This document shows positions 37,414 through 49,511 of a stretch of 64,000 nt of DNA, one piece after another. The position numbers and the translations under genes are program-made. The stretch lies in NCBI GenBank assembly GCA_047495785.1, contig JBLDXI010000054.1, positions 992,001 through 1,056,000 of the forward strand, read 5' to 3'. The notes below the pieces were generated by a model. It did not search any database. It was not told the DNA's origin and saw nothing but the letters and a program-made list of their open reading frames with translations. How positions within the stretch are numbered: position 1 is the first letter of the stretch; each line of letters begins with the position of its first letter. This DNA is from Lepidodermella squamata (taxonomy: Eukaryota; Animalia; Gastrotricha).

Positions 37414-38180
37414 GTTCTGAGGGCCTTTGGTGAAATGATCGTTTGGGTACATAATTTTACCCTTTCAACTTGCAATAATATATTCAAGATCAGAAGTTTT
37501 ATTTGATAGAAAGGCATCACATGATGATTACCTTAAGAATTTCAGAAGAAGCGTGAATAATTGATGGAGCATGACTAAATCATGAGGTCTTTATATGCCA
37601 ACTATTCGTTCCAGGCAATGAAAAAACAATAGTTGCTAGTTACTACCACTTTATGTCCGAAGGGTGCAAATTTTCTATATTTCCGTGTCTCGTGATGGGA
37701 AAGATATGCGTTATGGCCTCGGAGGTTTGTAGCTTGATATATGAGTTTCTGAAGTTTCTATATCAGGCCATAATCTGCTCCAGACATTTTGAACTGGTTG
37801 AAGTCCAGCGGCCAAGGCTTCCAAAAATTTTAAGCCGTTAGTTTTAATGGGTAATCATCATAACAAGAGATTGATTACATAACTTCGATGATGCACCTTT
37901 GAAAGATCAAATAACTTTTGCACTTCACATCTAGGTGATGTGACGCTATCAAAAGTTGCGTGGGTGGATCTTAATGATTGATGAACCATGTTGATGATTT
38001 ATTGATAACGCGTAACGCAAAACAGTCGAGATGAAGCATCTTACGTCAGAAATAGCTCCCATCTTTCTTTGATCAAAAACTGAAAGAAAGTTGCAAAGGT
38101 CGCTGTAAACTCAAGGGGGCGTAACAAAAAATACAAGCCTTTCTCAAATTTATCTATAAGTTGGTCGAATGTATAAATGG

Positions 38181-39660
38181 CTAACAAACTTGAGCTCTTA
38201 GGGCAGCAACGCGAGGTGTTCGCCATCCAATGATTGGAATGAATCGAAGCCAACCCCATTTAACTGCTGAAATCTTATCAAATAGAGTTTCAATATGAGA
38301 TGGAGTGATGCATCGAAGAACGTTATTGAAAAAAACTCCTGTCATACAAAAGAACACAGAGAATTTTCTTATCCATGCGTACTCCACCACCCAAGCACCG
38401 GATGTCCACGCCACCATGGCGACAGTTGAATAGAAACCAGGGATGAAACTGGCGACCAAGATCAGAAAACTCGATAACGACAGTTTCATCAGATAAATCT
38501 CTTTCCGCTGCCACTCAGCCAGGTAATTTGCAGTTCGTGAATGAATTGTAGAAATAGAAATAGCTGTCCCAAGTGTTGGAGTTCCATGCGTTCCATGCGT
38601 TCCACTGCGGGACTTCTTGAAGCGATCAATGGCTTTGAAAATTTTCCAGTAATTCAAACCCAGGTATAGAGTGCATCCAGAAAAAACTATAAAGTAGAAC
38701 AGCAATTTTATGAATAATGTGTCAAAATCTTTGTAAAGACTGTGGTCCCAGTCGCCGAAAACTAGAACTGATTGATTGTTATTCAAACCATCAATAACAA
38801 ATCTTTGTGCAGTCATAGTGCTCCAGGGCCACCATGTGAAGATAGAAGCAGCGATTAAACAAGCCATTAGCAGAACGAAATTAACTGCAGCAATCTGAAA
38901 TTTAACAGCAAAATATATTTTCGCGGAAGGCGGAACCCAATTAGAAGCTGTTACGGCAGCAAATCTATAACCGCTGAATATAAAGACCAGGCATTAGGCA
39001 GACAAATTGTGAGAATTTCGGAGTAATTTCTTATTCTGAATATGAGAAAAATTTAGCTCCTCTGCCGGGAAATTTTGTTCCAGGAATTGCTTAGAGCTTA
39101 GAGCTCTTTTCAAGAAACACTGATACCCCAAAAAGAAAAACATATCTATCTACCTTGAAAGTATTTGGCTTATAATTGATCTTGTTCGAGGTGATACACA
39201 GCCGTCTTTCGTAAGAGATCGAAGCTTCAATGACAAGACCATAGCCGCCCAAGGCCCAGGTTAACCACATGGTGATCGTGCATGTTACTTGGGGTGTTTC
39301 CCACCAACCCGTCCGAACAACAGATAGCGAACCGTAGCAGTAGCAAATTGAAAATAGCATATTTCGAAGGTGTAGAAAGCATGTTAGCATGAGAAAGTCA
39401 CGCTTAACACCTCGACGAACGTATAGGTAGATATTTACGATCGATGCAATGATTGCCATGGTTGACATTAATGAGCTTGCTATCGGCCAACCGAGTCGTT
39501 CCTCCACACTCTTCGATGCAACGTCATGATAGAAACCGACGTAGTAAGGCTTAGCTCGGCCGAAACCACTTTCGGGTAAATCCACCTCGAGCCAGGCGCC
39601 GTTAAGTATTTTCGCTTTTGGTGCAATAGTTATACCTGTAGCATTCACTGATATATTCAT
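38181..39660 (-). CDS. Divergent class A 7TM receptor G1; intron 38895-39153
   Basis: N-glycosylated N-terminus, TM1 Asn, TM3 Cys, SISYERRLCIT (E/DRY-like), NYWKIFKAI, RKEIYLMK, TM6 Pro, TM7; GT-AG intron NTFK|IAAVN. Confidence 0.82.
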
Positions 39661-39799
39661 TGTGATAGCAAGCTCGGTTTAAGTTAAAACTATCCATATT
39701 TTCGCTTAGTGAATCAGCGACACCGATAGGAAAGGCAGGATAGGTGGGTGTCAGCATTTGCCTCGCTAATGGGTTTGCCTCGGATACTCTGCAATTTAA

Positions 39800-40290
39800 C
39801 ACTTTCACTGCCAAAAATAGACTGCGAGGTCGATATTTGAATCCAAATCCTGGCTCTGTCAAAAGTCATTTGTTTCGGGTCAGCGATGCGTCGTAGGGAA
39901 AAATGCCTGTCGGCAAGGTGTACGCCATGACCCGGCGGTTCTTTTGACACCGAATTTGGGGCCACAAGGTCTGAGCAGGCCTTGAAAGTGACTGTGAAAT
40001 AACGTCGAAATTTTGGTTTAGAGCGAAAAATCAGACCCAAGAATTGGACCTGATTATTAGACCCGGATTATGGCGCAACAATCAAAATTTCACTGTTTTT
40101 ACAAGTTGATTTCTGTGCGTCCCTTGAAGTCTTTGGCCCCGAATTCGGAGTCAAAAGAACCGCTAGGTCATGGCCTACATGTTGCCGTCAGGCATTTTGC
40201 CCTACGACAAAGAAAAAAAGGACTTTTTCAGACCCAGGATTTGGATCCAAATATCGGATCTCGCAGTCTATATTTTTGCCAGTTAAAGTG
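39800..40290. mobile_element. Non-autonomous foldback element with TTAA target duplication (piggyBac-type)
   Basis: TTAA|CACTTT...AAAGTG|TTAA; imperfect inverted arms of roughly 200 bp (e.g. GTTCTTTTGACACCGAATTTGGGGCCA vs TGGCCCCGAATTCGGAGTCAAAAGAAC). Confidence 0.85.
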
Positions 40291-40727
40291 TTAAACCAAA
40301 CTTAAACGCACATAGCTACTGTCATGATAGGCAGTTAAAACAATTGGCGGGGAACTCCCCAACTTAAACAGCCCTACTTATAAGAAAGTGCTTTCAAACA
40401 ATAGGTGCTTTTATCGAGGGAGTACTGTATCTCGTTGCCATTGAGTCAAATTACAACATCAGTTTTATTGCTATACATTCGAAACATGATGTTATAACCC
40501 TTTGAATTTGAATCATCTAAATGAGGCGTCAATTTCTAGAAACCATTGCGCTGAAAATATGCGTTTCGATTCGGCTATGTAAAAATGGAATTGAAGCTGC
40601 GGCAGTATATATAGCAAATAAAATGTTATATACGATTATACATGAATTGGTTACGCAATTCTAAACCCTAAACATTGGTCGCATACAATAATAATCGAAA
40701 ACTTCCAACTGATATGCTCAAAGCTGA

Positions 40728-41996
40728 TCAATGCATATCAGCTACACGTCTTATGCGCCTTCCGATGATCGGAATAAATCGAAGCCAACAAAATTTCCAC
40801 GCTGAAATCCTATCGAACAGAGTTTCGATGTGAGATGGGGTGATGCATTGAAGGACGGCGTTGAGAAAAATGCCCATAAAACAAAAGAACATGGAGAACT
40901 TCCTAACCCAAGCATCCTCGTCTACCCAAGAACCGAATGACCAGGTTACCATTGCGAAGGTTGAATAGAAACCAGGTACAAAGCTCGCAACCAGGATTGT
41001 GAAACTCGTTATTGAAATTTTCACTAAATAAATCTCCTTCCGCTGCCACTCAGCCAGGTAGGATTTAGGACGCGAATGTATTGTTGATATAGAAATAACC
41101 GTCGCAGGCGTCGGAGTTCCACGTGTTCCTTGCGTTCCATGCGTCCCATTACGTGACTTCTTCAGATGATCAATGGCCTTGAAAATCTTCCAGTAATTTA
41201 TACCCAGATACAAAGAGCATCCCGGGAATAGAATGAAGTAATAAAGCATTTTTAGAAACGACGTGTCGAAATCTTTGTAGAGACTGTAGTCCCAATCTCC
41301 GCAAACTGGAACTGATTGATTGCGGTTTACTCCGTTGATGACAAGCCTTTGTACGGTTAGTGTGTTCCAGGGCCACCATGTGAAGCTCGAAGTAGCAATT
41401 AAACAAGCAATCAGCAGAACAAAATTCACTCCAGCAATCTTTAATACATGAGAAATATTGGGACAAGGACTGAAACAATATTCATCTACCTTGAAAGTAT
41501 TCGGCTTGTAGTTGATCTTATTCGAGGTGATACATAGCCGTCTTTCGTAAGAGATCGAAGCATCGATGACTAGACCAAAGCCACCCATTGCCCATAATAG
41601 CCAAGTAGTTATCGTACAGGCTTCATCCGTGGAATCCCACCAGCCTGTTCGAACAACGGCTAACAATCCGTAGCAGTAGCACATTGAGAATACCAGATTT
41701 CGGAGGTGTAGAAAGCACGTTAGCATGAGAAAATCGCGCTTAACTCGTCGACGAACGTAGATGTAGATATTAACGATGGATGCAATGATCGCGAGGATAG
41801 TCATTAATGTACAAGCGATTGTCCAGCCTAGGCGATCTTGCACACTTTTCGAGGCAACATCATGATAGAAAGGGACGTAGTAAGGCTTGGCCCGGCCGTA
41901 ACCCCTTTCTGGTAAATCTACCTCGAGCCAGGCACCGTTAAGTATTTTAGCGAATGGCCATACACTTTTGCGCGTTGTATTAGCTGAAATATTCAT
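40728..41996 (-). CDS. Divergent class A 7TM receptor G2; 51-nt intron 41439-41489
   Basis: Paralog of G1; the stop-free 3n intron explains the apparent 492-aa ORF; start MNISANT by homology. Confidence 0.85.
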   Translation of the reverse strand: MNISANTTRKSVWPFAKILNGAWLEVDLPERGYGRAKPYYVPFYHDVASKSVQDRLGWTIACTLMTILAIIASIVNIYIYVRRRVKRDFLMLTCFLHLRNLVFSMCYCYGLLAVVRTGWWDSTDEACTITTWLLWAMGGFGLVIDASISYERRLCITSNKINYKPNTFKVDEYCFSPCPNISHVLKIAGVNFVLLIACLIATSSFTWWPWNTLTVQRLVINGVNRNQSVPVCGDWDYSLYKDFDTSFLKMLYYFILFPGCSLYLGINYWKIFKAIDHLKKSRNGTHGTQGTRGTPTPATVISISTIHSRPKSYLAEWQRKEIYLVKISITSFTILVASFVPGFYSTFAMVTWSFGSWVDEDAWVRKFSMFFCFMGIFLNAVLQCITPSHIETLFDRISAWKFCWLRFIPIIGRRIRRVADMH

Positions 41997-43448
41997 CACA
42001 ATCAGTTCACTGACAATAAAGCTAGGTTTCAAAGAGTTCAAAATATCATTAATCAGGTAATGAATTCGCGTTGATAGGATGTGTACGCGTTCATTTGCAA
42101 CAATTGTGACTAATGGATTTCTAGACATCCGTACGTTCCAAGTATCCGGATTTCTAAAGCTTACAAAGCGTTCAGCGGCTTCAAAATCTAAATTTTCTCC
42201 ACTCATTGCTTCCTGCCTTGATGTTTTCTATCATTTTTGCATGAGTGAAAATCACATTTATTTTAGACCTAGAAAGTTATTGCTTTTCAACTTGTCGAGT
42301 GCACAATGCGTGCCTTTATTTTCAGTTTAGCGTTTAGACTGTTAAAACTGATAAACGCCTAAATTAGTAAACTGCGTTCTATTTTTCCTAAAGCAAAGTT
42401 GACAGACACGTTTTCTGAGGAAACGTTTTTCCACGTTGATTCCGATTTAGTTATTTTATTTCTTTTACATTTCGCATTAGTAGACGTGATTTCGTGGCTG
42501 ATCGGTGAGCTGGTTGTAAGTCCAATCTTATGTCTCCTTGCCCAGATGATGCTTGATTTTTAGGTTGCCGCTGGTCTAGGGCCGGGCGGCCCCGATTGCT
42601 AACACGACCAGCAATCGATAGTGAATGGTAACAGCTGCAAACAATGTTGTGTATTTGGGGAGCAAAGTGAATTCGCCGACTATCGTACTCGATTTACACG
42701 TCTCATCCTCTCGTCTTCGATGACTCACTCTTATCTGCGTTATCTACTCCTTGGAATCCATTTCGGATTTGTGGAAGAACGCAGTGTCGAAAGCTGGAAT
42801 TGAGAAAATCACTGCGGCCACTACTTCGCTCGTTCGATGCTTGGGTCGAATTGCTGCCCAAATGTTGCCTGTGAATTACCCACTAAAATTCTTCCCGTTT
42901 TTGTGAAATTCTTTCTTCATGCCGATTTTCTCGTTGTTGAATGGCTCGATTTCGGAGACGCGCGTCACAATTGTGCTCAGTACCTCGAATTCGTCAACTA
43001 AATCACAGCCGTGCAATCTCTGGCAGACTGGTACGAACCCAGTCAGGGATTTCTTAGGGTCTGCCCAATTTTTTGCCTTTATGCATTTGCAGTAATACTG
43101 TACTTCTGCTAGAAAACGCTTTTTTCATGAAAAATTATCCAGGTTTAAACAACTAGAAAATGCGTACTAGTCAATTGCCAACACCTAGTGTCCTGCTATT
43201 TTGAATTTTGGACTTGTACATTGAGATTTGGCCGAGCGCGAGAGGAAGGCTGCAACGAAATGCGAGCTGGGTGCATTTATGCGTAAAACGCGCCAACCAA
43301 TAGGAAAAAGGAGCGCGCGCGCATAGAATAGCCAATTAGCGTGTAATGTTCAAAGTTGTACCTGTTCAAAGTTGTACTGGATTAGATACCTGTGACTGTG
43401 GTTTGACGCTTGTTCTGATCAAGCATTCGCCATCGGTATGAGTATTAA

Positions 43449-45156
43449 CCCTTTCACGGCGGGAAGGACGATTTCGGAATTTCGACTTTGACAATTCACA
43501 GAAAATTGAATTCGATGAATTTTTGATCGCCCTTTTCAGGAATATTGCTTTTCGATGTTGGCTACAAGGTTTTGAGACCAGGGCGCCGTTATCTTGCATG
43601 GTCAGGACATACAAGCAATTTGAAAATGGTCAACCTGAGATTGAAATTTCGATTTTTTTCAACTTGAAATCTCCTAGGTTTCTGATCATTTTTTGATCCA
43701 ACAAAAAATACCACCGTGTCCGCCATAGTCTCATTGACCTTTGTGTAAATTTTTTCGAGTTGGAAATGAAAAATGACGACGCTATTGAGATTTAATCAAA
43801 CCGGCCGAAATCGTCCTATCCGCCAGGACTCATACAGGCGGAGTGCGTGGATTTTGTGCTGCAAAAACTTTCGCGAGCAAAAACTGGAAAAGCTGAATTC
43901 AGATCTGAATGCTGAGCCTCTGAAACTTTTTTAAACTGAATGTTTTCGGCGATTTAAGTGAGGGAGAATCTTGGGGTCATTCATGGGAGTAATTTACAGT
44001 ATGGGGCATAAATATTGAGCCGACTTTATCTATTTACAGCGCAGTCATTTCGGCTCCGATTCTCAAATACCTTATACCGTTGGAAAGCCCATGAAAAATA
44101 GTTTATTCCCCTAAAGTTTCGCTCAAGGGATCCAGTCCGAATCAAAATTATAGCAAGTTTAAGAAGTCGAGCTGATCGCACAAAAATCAACATCTTTCGA
44201 AAATTTAAATCCTAGTTTTCGTACATATCAAAGGCAAACTCTGGACGCTCCCAAACCCTACAAAATTGACGCATCACTACCCCGGCATGCTCCAGGCATC
44301 TCTGGCAATGATTTGGGACACTTACATGTGCCCCATTGCGACACGATGATGCGATAAAGAGAAGGTATACCATATAGGCACACACCCCCAATATCAGCCA
44401 AATAAGCGAGACCCCAGTCCAGTGATGAAGGGCGGAGAGATCATTTTTCACTCAGAGAGTTAAAAGTTGGCTTCAAAAATTAATGCGACAACTTTGGCAT
44501 GAAATAAAGCCTACGAACACACGTAGCAAGCTCGCAAGCAAGTGAAAAAGCTAAAGCTTGTTATCCGTAACATGTTTGCGCAAGTCTCTTTTGCCACAAA
44601 ATGTGGCGGATAATGACCTTTTCCGTCAGATTCATGGGTATTTGGGTCATTTTATAACCAGCCAAGTTGAAATAGGGAATTTTTAGAGCTCAATGGAGCT
44701 CTAAACTCGCTTAGTTATAAAATAAAGTTGGGTGTTTTTGAAAAACCAGCTTGACTTCTTAAACTTGCGATAACTTTGATTCGGACTGGATCCCTTGAGC
44801 GAAACTTCAGGGGAATAAACTATTTTTCATGGGCTTTCCAACGGTATAAGGTATTTGAGAATCGGAGCCGAAATGACTGCGCTGTAAATAAATAAAGTCG
44901 GCTCAATATTTATGCCCCATACTGTATAATCTAAAATTCCAAAGCTGGAGGCACCTGACACATAAATTAGGGTGTTCGAAAAATCTGCTGAAATCAGCTG
45001 GGCGGATAGGACGATTTCGGCCAGTTTTTGTACAGCATTAACGGTGATAGATAGAGATAAACGGGTTTCAAAATCGTGATCAGGGCCCTCTAAAACCCCT
45101 AGAACTGCCGTCAAATATTTTTTCTCCCGCAGATGAATAATTCCGCCATGAAAGGG
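43449..45156. mobile_element. piggyBac-type non-autonomous element with nested MITE
   Basis: TTAA|CCCTTTCACGGCGG...CCGCCATGAAAGGG|TTAA; internal inverted repeat GGCCGAAATCGTCCTATCCGCC (~43803) / GGCGGATAGGACGATTTCGGCC (~45001); no transposase ORF. Confidence 0.85.
43997..44924. mobile_element. Tc1/mariner-type MITE with ~175-bp TIRs and TA duplication
   Basis: TA|CAGTATGGGGCATAAATATTGAGCCGAC...GTCGGCTCAATATTTATGCCCCATACTG|TA; near-perfect long inverted arms. Confidence 0.92.
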
Positions 45157-45430
45157 TTAAGAGTACAAAACAGTACCCAGCGTGAATATTCAATTAGCAA
45201 AGCCCACTTTTCCCCTGCCCCCCTTGGATTATCATTTTCATTATTATCGCGCATTTCGGGACAGGCAGAATAACCCATCCATATCACTATGCGTGCAAAA
45301 AAGCGACGTTTCAGTCTATTTAAATTAGCTAATTATAATCATCACGTGTTCCAAGTACGCAGCAGTAATTAAACACAGCACCCAAATCGCAAATTGGTTT
45401 ATTATACGTTTTTCAACTGCTGATTTAAGT

Positions 45431-46584
45431 ATGGAGAATACTACGATGTATACTTTGATGGTCTTGCTCGCTATTTCTGGTTCGACGATCGCATGCTTTA
45501 AAAAGGTTAAATCAATCTTCTGTTTATTTCGCGAGGGTCATTTCTACTAACAGCAAATCATAACAGAAATTTCAGGAAGTTATGCCGAACCATTTTTGCA
45601 TTTAACAGGGTTACGATAGTGAGGAAGTTAATGCTTTGTACTTGTCCCTTTTCGACAACATTTTCTGCAACTTGAATGTAACTGCTGCAAAATCACTCAT
45701 CGCAGACATCGATAAGCTAACTGGCGGCAAGTTCGATCCTGATAAGCGGACAAGTGGCGGAGTATGGGAGGTCGAAGGGAGCTACTCTGTGCCGTAAGTC
45801 ATGAAATATTTACCCTGTAATAAGGCCTCGAAAAGTACCGTCCTCTGAAATTTATGATGCTTTCAGGGTCGAAACTGGCACTCTGCTTCATAGAGCAGTT
45901 GCATGCAATACGCAACCAAAAGATCGCGAGGAGATCACTAAACTTCTCCTGGACAGAGGAGCGTCGATCGAAGCTACTGAGAATGATAATATGCCGCAAA
46001 GAACCCCTCTGATGATAGCTGCTCAAGCTGGACTAGTAAATATTGTACAGTTGTTGGTACAGCGTGGTGCGAAAATATCTAAAAAAGACGGACTGGAAAA
46101 ATCAGCATTGTTCTTGGCTGTAGAATTGGGGCATATTGAAGTTGTGAAATACTTGGCTGAAAAGGGAGCCGATGTCAACGCCCCTGATCAATGGGGATGG
46201 ACACCTCTGATGAAGTGTGCACGGAACAACAAATTGGATATAGCCAAGGTTCTGATTGAAAATGGAGCTAACATCGAGCTTGTGGGCAATGATGACAAAC
46301 GACCTATTGAAGTAGCGGTCCGGTATGGACATCTTGGATTAGTCAAATACTTGGTTTCTAAGGGAGCTGATGTGAACGGGGATGGCAAAAAACGAGGAAG
46401 CGTCTTGTTCGCGGCCTTATATGGAGAAGAATTTATGAACGTCATGAAGTATCTCGTTGAGGTGGTTGGCGTCGATTTGAAGGTGGTCAACGAGCAAGGT
46501 GAAACGGCCTTGCAATATGCCATCAGACGTGGGATGACCAAAGACATGAAGGATTATCTACGTTCCAAAGGGGTGAAGGAATAA
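45431..46584 (+). CDS. Ankyrin-repeat protein with predicted signal peptide (3 exons; start ATG 45431 or 45446)
   Basis: Exon 1 (MENTT)MYTLMVLLAISGSTIACFKK|GYDSEEV..; exon 3 has ~6 ANK repeats (TLLHRAV, TPLMIAAQAG, SALFLAVELGH, TPLMKCARNN, RPIEVAVRYGH, ETALQYA) with GADVN linkers. Confidence 0.85.
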
Positions 46585-47703
46585 AAACCGGCTTAAGAAC
46601 ATACATAGAACGAAATGGACATAGATGGACATGGATACATAGAACGAATTACATTCCTCTCCAAACACGTGAGCCTGTGGAAAATAGTTGAGTTCCATTT
46701 CGCATAATAGTTATCATTTTAATATTTGTTATGACGCACGTTATTGCTTTTGTTTCTCTGTATCCTGCGATACAACTGTCGAATTGCAACACTCATTTAT
46801 CACTAATTCGCACCTGTAATAATAAATCCGCAGTTTCTCACAGTCTCGGTTTTTTAATCATGATAGTGTTGAGAAATTGCTGTGACCTTGGGCCTTTTAA
46901 AACTTTCTAAGTCAAACTCCGGCTGACCAAAAAGTTACCAGCCACGACATTTAGGTGCGAGAATGGCGATTTCTCCATATACATTAAGTATGCCCAGTTT
47001 TGATGAGTTTTGATGAGCGCGCGTATCTATTTTTTATTTTAGCGAGCTGAAAGCGGTGTCCGCGTCCGGTTTTTCCTATTTCACCTCAGATATAAAATAG
47101 TTTATGTTAATTTTCAAAATCGCGGCAATAAATTAACCGCAAGTCCACACGAAACCATAGCATTCTTGCTCGGTACTATGAAATTGCTGTAATGGCGAAT
47201 ACCTGCCTGCATGGATGTTTGTGCTAGTCATTTTTGGGTCGGCTGACGCATGCTTCAAACATTTTGGCAAAGGTATGCGCGTTAAATTCGAAGCCATATT
47301 CATTCCATCGGCATTTTGAGGACTCCAGGTTCTTTTGCCTTTTGCATTATTATGAAGGGAGAATCGTTAGGGTCGCTGAATAATTTATTTTAATTTCCAA
47401 TTCGCACGCGTCTCGATTTTTTATTCGCGAATTGATTTTTCAAGTAGTTTCTAGGTTTTAGGCCGCAAAATTTATTGAAAAATGTTTTCTCATGTCTTAA
47501 TGAGTGATGACAATTTATTCTTGACGAATAACACACAAAATGTTCTTAACACGAAAACATTTATAGATTGATTAAATGGAAAGAAAATTCTTAGGGTTAA
47601 ATCTTCACTGAGGTGGCCTATGTAATTTCGAAAGATCTCTAAATCTCGTATCGTAAGTTGGTAGTTGTTCCAACGCATAGCCTTATTTTTTCGACAACGC
47701 ACA

Positions 47704-49207
47704 TTATTGAACAGCAATGCGAATTGTTCGCCTTCCGATGATTGGAATAAATCTAAACCAGCCGCATTTCATTGCTGAAATCTTATCGAACAGGGTTTCG
47801 ATGTGAGATGGGGTAATACATCGAAGGACAGCGTTGAGAAAAATGCCAGTCATAATGGAGAACATAGAGAATTTTCTTATCCAAGCATACTCCACAACCC
47901 AAGACCTGGCGGTCCACGCCACCATGGCGACAGTCGAATAGAAACCTGGGACGAAACTGGTGACTAAGATTAGATAACTGGCAATCGATATTTTCACTAA
48001 ATAAATCTCCTTCCGTTGCCAGTCTGCCAGGTAAGATTTTGATCCTGATTTTGTTGTAGAAATAGAAGTAAGCGTGCCAGGCGTTGGAGTTCCATGCGTT
48101 CCATGCGTTCCATGTGTCCCATTGCGAGACTTCTTCAAACGATCAATGGCTTTGAAAATCTTCCAGTAATTCACACCGAGATACAGAGAGCAGCCTGGGA
48201 ACACAATGAAGTGGAACAACAATTTGATGAATAAAGTGTCGAAATCTCTGTAAAGACTGTGGTCCCAATCTCCGCAAAGTAAAACTGGCTCGTTGTTATT
48301 CACCCCATCGATAACAACTCTTTGTACAGTCATAGTGCTCCAGGGCCACCATGTGAAAACAGACGTAGCTAATAACAAAGCCAACAGCAGAAGAAAATTC
48401 ACTCCAGCAATCTAAAATAAGGAAACGGAATATATTTGCTAACAGACCAATAGACTGTGCCAAAACCTAATGCACGAAAAACTTAGGGACTAGGAATTAT
48501 GCGGAAAATCACTGATCATTTCAAAGTATTGGATTTGGATTTTTTGGAAAATTCTAGAAATATTCAGATAAGTGCGGTTTGGGTGAATCAATTCGGATCA
48601 ACTCCGGGTCCACTTTCGTTCTGCAATAGTCACGCGTGGATCCGCTGATGACATGGCCCTTTTCAAGAAGTATAGATACTATAGCTAAACCGATATTTAC
48701 CTTGAAAGTATTTGGCTTATAGTTGATCGCATTAGATGTGATGCAGAGTCGTCTTTCGTAAGAAATCGAGGCTTCAATGACCAGGCCATAGCCACCCAAT
48801 GCCCAGACTAACCACATGGTTACCATACAAGCTTCCTTGGGTTCTTCCCACCACCCTGTTCGAATAACAGATATTAAACCATAGCAGTAGACAATTGAGA
48901 AGAATGCATTTCGGATGTGTAGACAGCATGTTAGCATGAGAAAGTCTCGCTTGACTCCCCGACGAACGTATATGTAAATATTCACTATTGATGCGATAAT
49001 CGCGAGGATGGTCATAATCGTGCATGCGATAGCCCAACCGAGTCGGTCTTGCTCACTCGTCGAGGAAACATCATGATAGAAACCAACGTAGTAAGGCTTT
49101 GCTCGGCCATAACCTTTTTCGGTTAAATCCACCTCTAGCCACGCGCCGTTAAGTATTGTCGCTTTTGGCGCTACATCTTTACTTGTAGCATTCTCTGAGA
49201 TGTTCAT
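47704..49207 (-). CDS. Divergent class A 7TM receptor G3; intron 48412-48700
   Basis: Paralog of G1 with conserved intron position. Confidence 0.85.
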
Positions 49208-49511
49208 TGCAAAATAAAACTAGGTTTCAGTTTGAAACTATCCAGATATATCACTTGGAGACTACACGACACTAATATAAAAGGTGTCTACGTCTGTGTA
49301 TCCGCGTTTTCCACGCATTCTGCTAATGGATCTAACATCCCGGTTCCTTGCGCTTGCAGGCTTTAAGCGGTGATAGAAAATCGGACTTCTTTTCAATTAT
49401 CGTCTCCTTTTATCGCGCTCTAAAGTGTTGATGACGTTTCTACGCTACTATGTTTCCGCTTGACTTGACTACTGAACGTATGTGACAAAAACATTCCGTC
49501 TGCGGAATTCA

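Noticed and set aside
41997-42206. 70-aa N-terminal extension of the 492-aa G2 ORF
   Set aside because: Overlaps the conserved promoter motifs, and the homologous DNA upstream of G4 is not open; paralogs start at MNxS
43366-45114. Short ORFs inside the nested transposons as possible transposases
   Set aside because: All under 100 aa with no DDE/DDD motifs
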